Below, piece by piece: positions 1-7,769 of a stretch of DNA of 64,000 bases. Position 1 is the stretch's first letter. The number at the start of each line of letters is the position of its first letter. The position numbers and the translations under genes are program-made. The notes below the pieces were generated by a model. It was not told where the DNA came from, searched no databases, and was given only the letters and a program-made list of their open reading frames with translations. Source of the stretch: Candidatus Omnitrophota bacterium (GTDB lineage: Bacteria > Omnitrophota > Gorgyraeia > JAZDFF01); contig JAZDFF010000040.1 in assembly GCA_043808095.1 (NCBI GenBank), forward strand, positions 1,908 through 65,907, in the 5' to 3' direction.

Positions 1-40
1 GTGAGAATACCAACTTCTTTCTAAATCTCATCTTTTCCAT
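1..40 (-). CDS. 5' end of a CDS running off the left edge (MEKMRFRKKLVFS...)
   Basis: ATG at 40-38, open frame to the window edge, downstream of a terminator-like hairpin. Confidence 0.3.
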   Translation of the reverse strand, partial: MEKMRFRKKLVFS

Positions 41-60
41 TTATTTTCAATTATATTTTA

Positions 61-99
61 AAACAAAACCCTACGCAAGTATTTTACTTACATAGGGTT
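61..99 (-). terminator. Rho-independent terminator after tRNA-Asn
   Basis: Minus strand AACCCTATGTAAGT-AAAAT-ACTTGCGTAGGGTT followed by TTGTTT. Confidence 0.6.
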
Positions 100-108
100 A
101 TGTTTTAG

Positions 109-545
109 TGGCTCCCCCGCGAGGACTCGAACCTCGGACATGGTGGTTACAAGTGACCCGAAATTGCTTTCGGACTTGGACTATCTCTTTACCATGACTA
201 ACGAAGCGGCTCCCTCGCTTTCGCTCGGGATAAAACTGTACTTCGTCCAGTTTTAGGTAGTGGGTGCATAGTCTCTGCACCTGCCTTCGCTAAAGCATCG
301 GCAGGCAAGCCTTCTGCCTGCTAGCCTCATGCGAGGATCGGCTCAGGATTACCCCAGCTGTTTCGTTTTGCTGCGCAAAAGCGAAACAAAACGACAGGGG
401 CTTCCCTGAATTCTCCCACAGTTTCAACTACGGTTTCCCGTAGAAGCTGCGCTTTGTAAGATCCTTCGGGTTTCGCCCTCAGGATGCTCGTCCGCCTTCG
501 GCGGACTCGCACAGCCACCCGCTCTACCAACTGAGCTACAGGGGA
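109..545 (-). tRNA. tRNA-Asn(GTT), intron-split: exons 545-511 and 149-109 (CCA encoded)
   Basis: Exons join to TCCCCTGTAGCTCAGTTGGTAGAGCGGGTGGCTGT|TAACCACCATGTCCGAGGTTCGAGTCCTCGCGGGGGAGCCA, a full cloverleaf with loop CT-GTT-AA. Confidence 0.93.
150..510 (-). ncRNA. Group I self-splicing intron (361 nt, IC3-like) between anticodon positions 35 and 36
   Basis: 5' exon ends in U and the intron ends in G. Core motifs P AATTCAGGGAA, Q AATCCTGAGC, R GTGCAGAGACTA, S AAGAGATAGTCC. IGS GCAGC pairs with exon GCTGT. Confidence 0.9.
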
Positions 546-592
546 ATATTAAAAAATCAAATATCAAAAATCAAAAATAAAAATTATAAATA

Positions 593-1192
593 TTAAAAAT
601 CGCGCCTTGACTCTAACGCCTTGGACAAAGTCGGAGAGTCAATGTATTCTAAATTTGCACCCAAAGGAATGCCTACGCCGATACGGGTAAGTTTTACGCC
701 ATACGGCTTGATTACCTTACTTAAATAAAGCGCGGTGGTCTCTCCTTCTGTATCCGCATCAGTAGCAATAATTACCTCTTTGACGTTATTCTGTTTTAGC
801 CGGCTTAAAAGCCCTTCTATGGCCAAATCCCCCGGCCCTCTTCCTTCAAGCGGAGCGATGCTGCCCAATAATACATGGTACAACCCCTTAAAAGACGAAC
901 TGTTCTCAATGGAAATAACATTCTTGGGCTCCTCAACTACGCACAGAAGCGACCTGTCACGGCCCTGGTCCTGACAGATCTTACAGGTATCCTGTTCGCT
1001 TAAATTATTACAGACCTTGCAGAGCCTGGTTTTTGCTTTTGCCTCTGTTATCGAAGAGGCAAGTCCCTCGGCCTGATCTTTGGGGCTGTTTAAAAGATAA
1101 AAGACTATCCTTTCGGCGCCCCTCTTGCCGATACCGGGCAGTTTTACTAATTTTGCGATCAGCCTCTCTATGGAATCAGGATAGTTGGACAT
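593..1192 (-). CDS. recR: Recombination mediator RecR
   Basis: LPGIGKRGAERI HhH, C4 zinc finger, Toprim with IIATDADTEGETT. Confidence 0.97.
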   Translation of the reverse strand: MSNYPDSIERLIAKLVKLPGIGKRGAERIVFYLLNSPKDQAEGLASSITEAKAKTRLCKVCNNLSEQDTCKICQDQGRDRSLLCVVEEPKNVISIENSSSFKGLYHVLLGSIAPLEGRGPGDLAIEGLLSRLKQNNVKEVIIATDADTEGETTALYLSKVIKPYGVKLTRIGVGIPLGANLEYIDSPTLSKALESRRDF

Positions 1193-1196
1193 CTGT

Positions 1197-2849
1197 TTAT
1201 TCCCTTCTAAAGACCCTGCCTCTAAAGGTCTCCAGTGCAGATTTAATGAATGACTCGTCTTCTTTTCTCTCGGTACTGCCTGTTTTTCCTATCTCTGTAG
1301 TTGTAAAATTAATGCGTAATTTTGTATTAAGCAGGTTATTGAGGGTATTCTCAATCAAAGACTTGTTGTCATTCTTCTCTAAAACTTCCCGATGAAGCGA
1401 CGCAGATTTAGCAAAACCAACGGTAAGAAGGCTCTTTTCTATCTTTAACGGCGCGCCTTCCTGAAGATAAGTTGCCGTAGACATTTTAACCTTACCTAGC
1501 TCATTAATCAAGTCCGGCCAGACATTTTTAATCTGGGCGATATCAGTTATATGGGTATTGGCCTCTTCTGCCTTGGGCTCATTTGGACTGTGCGGCTCTT
1601 CGAGAGGCTCCACCAATTTAGCCGCGTTGATTTTAGGCTCCATAATTTTCGGGATGCTCGTTGGGTTTACCGGATTATTCCGGGCCTTCGGCTGTTGGGG
1701 CATTTTAATCGAAGATAGGGTATGGGGGTTATTTTCCTGTTTTTCTTTTAAGGCGCTTGGGCCCGAGTGCGTAAGTTTAACCAATAAGACCTCAAGAGGA
1801 ATCCTCAAAGTCTCTAATCTCTTAGTGGTCTCTCCGGTAGAAATAATAAGATTCATGATATTTAGGAGTTCGGATATAGAGAAAAATTGCGACTGTTTAT
1901 AAATTGTTTCCTGATTTTCTGCGGTCAGATCAATCAGCCCCTTTAGTGAATCTTTGCCGATTTTAGCCACTAAGATATTGCGGAAATGCTCTAATAAATG
2001 GGGAATAAATTGCGCTGTATCTTTACCTTCATTTATCAGCCTATCTAATAATTTCAAGGCACCGAGCGAATCCTTCTTAATAATATATTCCGTTAACTCA
2101 AATAACGACTCTTGCTCCAATATACCAAGAAGAGAGACTACGTCGCTTACCTGTAATTTCTCTTTAGAGAATGATACGAGCTGGTCAAGAATGGATTCTG
2201 CGTCCCTTATGGAGCCGTCAGAGGCCCGGGCAATCGCAAAGAGCACCCTTTTATCGACATTCAATTTTTCGCTTGCCGTTATCTTCTCTAATTTCTCGGT
2301 AATCTTCAAAGCAGGCACGCGCCTGAAATCAAAACGCTGGCAGCGGGAGATTATCGTCGAGATTATCTTATGCGGTTGGGTAGTGGCAAAGACGAATTTT
2401 ACGTGAGCAGGCGGCTCCTCCAGAGTTTTAAGCAAGGCATTAAAGGCGGCATCAGAGAGCATATGCACTTCATCAATGATATAAATCTTAAACCTGCCAT
2501 TAACCGGGGAAAATTTGACGTTTTCGCGTAGTTGCCTTACATTATCGATGCCGGTATTAGAGGCACCGTCTATCTCGATAACATCAAGGCTGCGGCTTTC
2601 GGTAATCTCGCGGCAGGCGACACATTTCTGGCAGGGCTTTACAGTCGGGCCTTTCTCGCAGTTTAAGGACTTGGCGAAAATTCTTGCGGTTGAGGTCTTA
2701 CCTACCCCGCGCGGGCCGCTAAATAAGTAGGCATGGGCCAGGCGGTTATTAAGAATGGCATTCTTTAAAGTTTTAGTGATGTGATCTTGGCCTATTACCT
2801 CATCGAGTTCCTGAGGCCGCCATTTACGTGCGAGGACTATGTAGGACAT
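1197..2849 (-). CDS. dnaX: DNA polymerase III subunit gamma/tau
   Basis: LARKWRP, GPRGVGKT, EIDGAS, IIDEVHML, SRCQRF. Confidence 0.97.
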   Translation of the reverse strand: MSYIVLARKWRPQELDEVIGQDHITKTLKNAILNNRLAHAYLFSGPRGVGKTSTARIFAKSLNCEKGPTVKPCQKCVACREITESRSLDVIEIDGASNTGIDNVRQLRENVKFSPVNGRFKIYIIDEVHMLSDAAFNALLKTLEEPPAHVKFVFATTQPHKIISTIISRCQRFDFRRVPALKITEKLEKITASEKLNVDKRVLFAIARASDGSIRDAESILDQLVSFSKEKLQVSDVVSLLGILEQESLFELTEYIIKKDSLGALKLLDRLINEGKDTAQFIPHLLEHFRNILVAKIGKDSLKGLIDLTAENQETIYKQSQFFSISELLNIMNLIISTGETTKRLETLRIPLEVLLVKLTHSGPSALKEKQENNPHTLSSIKMPQQPKARNNPVNPTSIPKIMEPKINAAKLVEPLEEPHSPNEPKAEEANTHITDIAQIKNVWPDLINELGKVKMSTATYLQEGAPLKIEKSLLTVGFAKSASLHREVLEKNDNKSLIENTLNNLLNTKLRINFTTTEIGKTGSTERKEDESFIKSALETFRGRVFRRE

Positions 2850-3051
2850 GATTTCATTCCCGATGGTTTAAGCAAAACAACGCAGAAATACAAAATTTTA
2901 GTATTCGAACGGCGCCGCGCTCGCTGCGGCTCCTGTCATGTAAGACTCTGGCTCGGGCGGAGCCTCGCCAGAGTCCGTTGTTTCTTTTCTAGTTGTTGTG
3001 AAAAATTATCTTCCTTGCGGGTTGATGATTTTTCGCTTAAGGTAGAAACAA

Positions 3052-3141
3052 CGGAGGAGTTGGGATTTGAACCCAAGGGCCCAGTTTACCCAGGCCAACT
3101 CTTTAGCAGAGAGTTGCTTTCAACCACTCAGCCACTCCTCC
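3052..3141 (-). tRNA. tRNA-Ser(GCT)
   Basis: GGAGGAG acceptor, ACTCT-CTGCTAA-AGAGT anticodon arm, long variable arm, GGTTCAAATCC. Confidence 0.95.
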
Positions 3142-3154
3142 AAAGAAATTATTT

Positions 3155-4159
3155 CTAGTTATAAAAGCTCTGATAAGCCAAAAGTAAACGTTCGTTGTTA
3201 GAACCTATTTCTTTGAAATAACGTTTTATCTCTAATAAATCATAAATATAAACCCTATTTCCATTTTTTATTTTTGGCGTAAAACCTAAGTTTCTGAATA
3301 TCAGTACTACTGATTTGAATAAAGGTTTAGAACAATTCGTAAAACAAATTCTCAAATATCTATATTGCTTTTCGTTAATCTTGTATGTATGAAAATAAGT
3401 ACCGCCATCTGTATCCATAAGGCCTTTTAAACATGCCCGTTGAAATTCCTTATTTTTTTTAATCCAATTCGGAATATCAATCTTATTTCTGATTTTATCT
3501 CCTATTTTAAACCCCTGGCTATTTAAGAATTTCACTAATTCTACGCTTGAAACAATTATATCAGCTCCATTATTTCCTCTATTAATATGGCGTGTTGAAT
3601 CAAGTAAAAATAATTCTTTTATCAGTTTTGCACAATAATCAGAATAATTTTTATCTTTTATATTATTATATGATATTGCAATCTGGTATTTACTCTTAAC
3701 CCCTCCATCTCCCATAAATATGCCGATAAACTCAGCTAATTTAATAGAAGGAGACGGATAAGAAATTATTTTTTTTACCGTAACCCCAAATCTTTTAAAA
3801 TATTCCGGATTTGTTTTTATTAATTCTTGAGTAGTTAAGCCGCCCTTTTTTCTTCCTTCATAAGTACCCGGATTTCCATATAACTTAAGCCTGGCTTTAG
3901 CGCCTAATCTTCCGGCATTAGAAGAATTCCAAGATTCTGGTAGAAAATTAGCAGTTTTGGGTATTAAAATTCCCGTCAGTTTCTCTAACTTTAAGGCAGA
4001 TTCATAACTCATATTAAATTTTTCTCTTTCCCAATCACATAATGTCCTTGGGTGAATATTACAAATCTTGGTTATCCCGACCCGATGTTTAACTAATTTT
4101 GATTTATTCCTTATTATAAATTCTCTCTGTTTGCCCTTTGGAAATGATAATCTAGCCAT
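3155..4159 (-). CDS. Free-standing LAGLIDADG-family homing endonuclease-like protein with N-terminal HTH-like region
   Basis: Two motifs LAEFIGIFMGDGG and CLKGLMDTDGG. AT-rich. Ends 13 bp before tRNA-Ser. Confidence 0.8.
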   Translation of the reverse strand: MARLSFPKGKQREFIIRNKSKLVKHRVGITKICNIHPRTLCDWEREKFNMSYESALKLEKLTGILIPKTANFLPESWNSSNAGRLGAKARLKLYGNPGTYEGRKKGGLTTQELIKTNPEYFKRFGVTVKKIISYPSPSIKLAEFIGIFMGDGGVKSKYQIAISYNNIKDKNYSDYCAKLIKELFLLDSTRHINRGNNGADIIVSSVELVKFLNSQGFKIGDKIRNKIDIPNWIKKNKEFQRACLKGLMDTDGGTYFHTYKINEKQYRYLRICFTNCSKPLFKSVVLIFRNLGFTPKIKNGNRVYIYDLLEIKRYFKEIGSNNERLLLAYQSFYN

Positions 4160-4221
4160 TTTTACAACGTTTTTTCTTTCCCGCCTTGCGCTTAGTGCCT
4201 ATTGTGGCGGGATCCCGCCAA

Positions 4222-4680
4222 CTATTTAGTGCGTTTGCGGGAAAAAAAATCTTTCAGTAAAGAGCTGCTCTCTCTTTCTAAAACACCCTTCGTAACTTTT
4301 ATGCGATGATTTAGTTTTTTGTTGTCTACTATATTGATTACTGAGCCGCACGCCCCTGCCTTAGGGTCGGCTGCGCCGTAAATTAGGCGCTTAATCCGCG
4401 CTAAAACAAGTGCGCCTGCACACATACTGCAGGGCTCAATTGTAACATATAATGATGCCTCGGGCAACCACTTACTAGCCAGGTAATTTGTAGCACTGGT
4501 AAGGGTAATCATCTCGGCATGGGCAGTTGAATCTTTGAGTCTTTCTACCTGATTATGGCCCCGGGCAATGATTTTCCGGTCATGGACAATGACGCAGCCA
4601 ACCGGGACCTCGTCTTCTTCGGCTGCAATATACGCCTCCTTAAGCGCCTCTTGCATATAAATCTCATCAATCTTGCCCAT
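4222..4680 (-). CDS. tadA: tRNA adenosine(34) deaminase
   Basis: EVPVG, HAE, EPCSMC motifs. Next to tRNA-Arg(ACG), its substrate. Confidence 0.96.
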   Translation of the reverse strand: MGKIDEIYMQEALKEAYIAAEEDEVPVGCVIVHDRKIIARGHNQVERLKDSTAHAEMITLTSATNYLASKWLPEASLYVTIEPCSMCAGALVLARIKRLIYGAADPKAGACGSVINIVDNKKLNHRIKVTKGVLERESSSLLKDFFSRKRTK

Positions 4681-4714
4681 AACCCTTAGTTCTTAGTTCT
4701 TAAATCTGAAGTAA

Positions 4715-4753
4715 TGCGCCCGGCTGGAATCGAACCTGCAACAACTTGCTCCG
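4715..4753 (-). pseudogene. 3' half relic of tRNA-Arg
   Basis: CGGAGCAAGTTGTTGCAGGTTCGATTCCAGCCGGGCGCA, a diverged copy of the 3' half of 4801-4874. Confidence 0.8.
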
Positions 4754-4800
4754 CCCCTCGCTTTTACATTTAGCGGAATCCCGAGGTTTTATCAATAAAG

Positions 4801-4874
4801 TGCGCCTGGCTGGATTTGAACCAGCAACAACCAGCTCCGTAGGCTGATGCTCTATCCAGTTGAGCTACAGGCGC
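4801..4874 (-). tRNA. tRNA-Arg(ACG)
   Basis: GCGCCTG acceptor, TCAGC-CTACGGA-GCTGG arm, GGTTCAAATCC. Confidence 0.95.
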
Positions 4875-4935
4875 ATTAAAATTATTACAAATAACTAACT
4901 CAGCTCGGGACGGAGTGCAAATAAAAACCGAGGGA

Positions 4936-5091
4936 CTCCGTAGGCTGATGCTCTATCCTTCGCCGTAGGCGAATCCGCCTGCGGCGGAAATTGCCCGCCA
5001 CTAAAACTTTGCCGCCACAAATCTTAGGCGGCTCGCCAATGAATTGTGGCGAGGCGGGTCCGCCAATCTTTGTGGCGGAAGCTACAGGCGC
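4936..5091 (-). pseudogene. 5' half relic of tRNA-Arg(ACG) with two hairpin insertions in the D arm
   Basis: GCGCCTGTAGCT[5079-4994]CAAT[4989-4959]GGATAGAGCATCAGCCTACGGAG. Confidence 0.8.
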
Positions 5092-5103
5092 AAACGTAAT
5101 TAT

Positions 5104-5397
5104 TTAGCCAAATTTAGCCAGCTGAATCAAATTAATACAATTGACTAAAGATAACGCTGCAAGTATCGGGCCAAATATAGCCCTTTTTTCAAATATCCAG
5201 TCATCAATAACATTAATCTCGCCTTCGATTGACGATAAAAGTATTGTCCCTGAGCCAAAATTTATATTGAGAATCTCTTCTAATTTCGTATATGTCTTAG
5301 GCGAAAACATATAAATCAAAATTAATACAAATGAGGCCATGGAGGCCAGGAAAAGAAACACCGTTAACATCTGCAAGATACTATCTATGCCAAACAT
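5104..5397 (-). CDS. Small two-TM hypothetical membrane protein
   Basis: 97-aa ORF with two hydrophobic segments and an AAGG RBS. Confidence 0.65.
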   Translation of the reverse strand: MFGIDSILQMLTVFLFLASMASFVLILIYMFSPKTYTKLEEILNINFGSGTILLSSIEGEINVIDDWIFEKRAIFGPILAALSLVNCINLIQLAKFG

Positions 5398-5452
5398 ATA
5401 ATTTTACCTTAAATTTAATTTGAAGCAAATTTTCCCTTTTCGGAAAAATCAG

Positions 5453-5540
5453 CGGAGGGAGTGAGATTCGAACTCACGTGAGCCTTACGACCCAACCGCT
5501 TTTCGAGAGCGGCCCGTTATGACCACTTCGGTATCCCTCC
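5453..5540 (-). tRNA. tRNA-Ser(CGA)
   Basis: CCGCT-CTCGAAA-AGCGG arm, long variable arm, AGTTCGAATC. Confidence 0.95.
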
Positions 5541-5549
5541 GAATTTGTC

Positions 5550-5741
5550 GCGGTTTTCCCCTCGTCACTTCGTTCCTCGGGACTCCGCTCACTCCGTTCG
5601 CTTCGCGAGACCGCTAATTTGCCTTTGTTTAACCCATGCAAATTATCCCGAGATTATCGAGGGGCGCATTCGACCGCCCGCCATTAATACTTTGGCGGGC
5701 GTCCGCCTAAGTTTTAGTGGCGGACGCTCTGCCAACTCTCC
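5550..5741 (-). pseudogene. Fragmented 5' relic of a different tRNA-Ser(CGA) allele
   Basis: Pieces GGAGAGTTGGCAGAGC / GGTCGAATGCG / GCGGTCTCG / GAAAACCGC separated by insertions. Confidence 0.7.
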
Positions 5742-5897
5742 AAAAATTTATTTCATGAATTTTTGGATCCTGAATCCCGATATAATCGGGATGAAAGATC
5801 TTTCAAAACTCTTGGCTTACCGTTCGGCTACCCTCGCTGCGTAGATCCTTCGCTTTCGCTCAGGATCCGATTTGCTTTCCATTAAGGGAGAAAAAAT

Positions 5898-5984
5898 CGG
5901 AGGCGGAAGGATTCGAACCCTCGGTGGACTTACGCCCACAACGGTTTTCAAGACCGCCGCTTTCAACCGCTCAGCCACGCCTCC
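5898..5984 (-). tRNA. tRNA-Ser(TGA)
   Basis: GCGGT-CTTGAAA-ACCGT arm, long variable arm, GGTTCGAATCC. Confidence 0.95.
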
Positions 5985-6081
5985 CAAAAATTGCTTTTTA
6001 ATTTTTGGGACTTCGAATCCCGCCATAGGCGGGACGAGAAGTCTTTGCTGAATGTTTTTTAGATCTCTCTATTCGTTATAA

Positions 6082-7419
6082 CTACATCAGATCTTTCCTC
6101 TTACAGCCTATAGATTTCAAAGCCCCTTCAGGATCATCATTATAGGCGCGGCAAAAAGTTGTTACATCCTTCATCAGGCGGATATTTTTATCTTTTAGAA
6201 TCCTCAATATCTTAGCGCGTATATTGGTTTCCTCTATTACCTCTCTGGGGCTTATCCCCTTAATCTCAGAAAGCCTCTCGCGGAACATCCCGCTTACGCC
6301 GCTATTTACAAATTCTTTTTTTGCAAAATCAAATGACCAGATGCAGGTAAGTAATACCATCTTCTTTTCCATGCCTCCGGTCTCATGAATTTCGGCAACC
6401 ACCCGATGAATTCCGTGCTCATCCTGGAATCTTCTCATTACCACCAACACATCTATCAAACTCACTAATGCCTCAGGCACATTCATGGGTTCATTCTGAA
6501 GCCTGATAATAGTCTCTCTGGCAGTGCTGGCGTGTATTGTGCCGATACAGTATTTACCTATATTCATTGCCGTCATCATATCTTTGGCTTCTCTGCCGCG
6601 TACCTCGCCCACGATTATCCTGTCCGGACGCATCCTCAGGCTATTTTTAACCAAATCCTCAAGGCTCAGATGTTCATCGCTTTCTAAGCGCGAGCAATTC
6701 TCCTCTAAATCCGTATTAAGTTCTAAGGTATCTTCAATTATTACCAACCGTTCGCTGCGCGGGAGAAAACTCAAAATGGCATTTAAAAGAGTAGTCTTAC
6801 CCGAGCCCGGCCCGCCTGAAATAAGGATATTGGCCGGCTTCATAGCTAAACCCTCAACATAAATCCAGAAATGCGCGGCTAAATCATAGCTCAAGGTCCC
6901 GTTTTCGATAAGTTCGATAATACTTAGAGGTATTTCCTTCGCCCGGGTTATGGTGATTTGGGGGCCGTAAGGAGAAAATATGATATTAACCCTTCCTTTG
7001 ACATCCCTTAATTCAATGTTGTTGATTTTACGGATCTCGCTTCTTCCTGAAAATATCACCAATTTCTTGATAAATAGATTTAACTCATCATTATTTGTAA
7101 ACCCGGCCTCGGTCTTTACCAGGCCGTATTTGGTCTTATGGATAAATATGGGGCTTAAGCCATTAATGATAATATCCTCAACCTGAGGGTCATTTAAAAA
7201 TTCTTCGATAGGGCCGTAAGACAAAAATTTCTCAAAAAATGCCTCTATATCCAACCCCTTTATCTTCTTCAAGATGTTTTTGCCTTTGGCGGTATTGTAG
7301 ACTTCCAAAAAATGATTAAAGATTACGCCTTTTTTTTCTTGAGGATCCTGGTTTAAGGTAATTTTTCCGGCAACACGATCCAGAACTTCGTTTTCCATAT
7401 TTAAGAAATCTCTATCCAT
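6082..7419 (-). CDS. CpaF/TadA/VirB11-family secretion ATPase
   Basis: VEDIIING, Walker A GGPGSGKTT, IEDTLEL, LRMRPDRIIVGEVRG, GTIHA. Confidence 0.9.
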   Translation of the reverse strand: MDRDFLNMENEVLDRVAGKITLNQDPQEKKGVIFNHFLEVYNTAKGKNILKKIKGLDIEAFFEKFLSYGPIEEFLNDPQVEDIIINGLSPIFIHKTKYGLVKTEAGFTNNDELNLFIKKLVIFSGRSEIRKINNIELRDVKGRVNIIFSPYGPQITITRAKEIPLSIIELIENGTLSYDLAAHFWIYVEGLAMKPANILISGGPGSGKTTLLNAILSFLPRSERLVIIEDTLELNTDLEENCSRLESDEHLSLEDLVKNSLRMRPDRIIVGEVRGREAKDMMTAMNIGKYCIGTIHASTARETIIRLQNEPMNVPEALVSLIDVLVVMRRFQDEHGIHRVVAEIHETGGMEKKMVLLTCIWSFDFAKKEFVNSGVSGMFRERLSEIKGISPREVIEETNIRAKILRILKDKNIRLMKDVTTFCRAYNDDPEGALKSIGCKRKDLM

Positions 7420-7498
7420 ATTATCTCCTCAAATGACCCCGACGAAACGTCGGGGTTATACATTATTATATGTTTTAATCTGGCGCCTAATTATTAGT

Positions 7499-7680
7499 GG
7501 CGGCGCCGCGCTCGCTGCGGCATCCGCCAAAATTTTCCTTGTCGGAAAAAGCATTAAGGGTGCGGCGCCGAAACACATTGTTTCGGCATCCGCCAAAATT
7601 TAAATTGGCGAAAAACATTAAGGTGGCGGGGCCGAAATACATTATTTCGGCATCCGCCAAAATTTAAATTAATTTAAATT
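7499..7680. repeat. Three ~65-bp-period units each containing CATCCGCCAAAATTT (antisense to the tRNA-Ser 3' end)
   Basis: Motif at about 7521, 7587 and 7651, each preceded by a CCG..CGG hairpin. Confidence 0.7.
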
Positions 7681-7681
7681 T

Positions 7682-7769
7682 TGGCGGAGAGGGAGGGATT
7701 CGAACCCTCGGACCCTTGCGGATCACATGTTCTCCAGACATGCCGGTTAAACCACTCCCGAACCTCTCC
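7682..7769 (-). tRNA. tRNA-Ser(GGA), CCA encoded
   Basis: CATGT-CTGGAGA-ACATG arm, long variable arm, GGTTCGAATCC. Confidence 0.95.

Noticed and set aside
98-530. ORFs 98-280 and 327-530
   Set aside because: They overlap the tRNA-Asn exons and intron core, with no endonuclease motif
2905-2980. Possible SRP RNA (ffs), expected between tRNA-Ser and dnaX; contains GGAGCCGCAGC
   Set aside because: No matching 5' CAGG half of helix 8. GGCGCCGCGCTCGCTGCGGC recurs at about 7502 and the rest is a GA-mismatch hairpin. Needs an Rfam search
4715-5091. Outer tRNA-Arg as a functional multi-intron (archaeal BHB-type) tRNA
   Set aside because: The rebuilt anticodon and T stems have mismatches, and I saw no bulge-helix-bulge or splicing endonuclease. 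Treated as a relic
5545-6026. ORFs 5545-5844 and 5817-6026 (also 2781-3158, 15812-16088, 38017-38269, 43903-44148)
   Set aside because: Translations of tRNAs and palindromic repeats
7499-7680. CRISPR-like array
   Set aside because: Only three degenerate units with related spacers, and no cas genes
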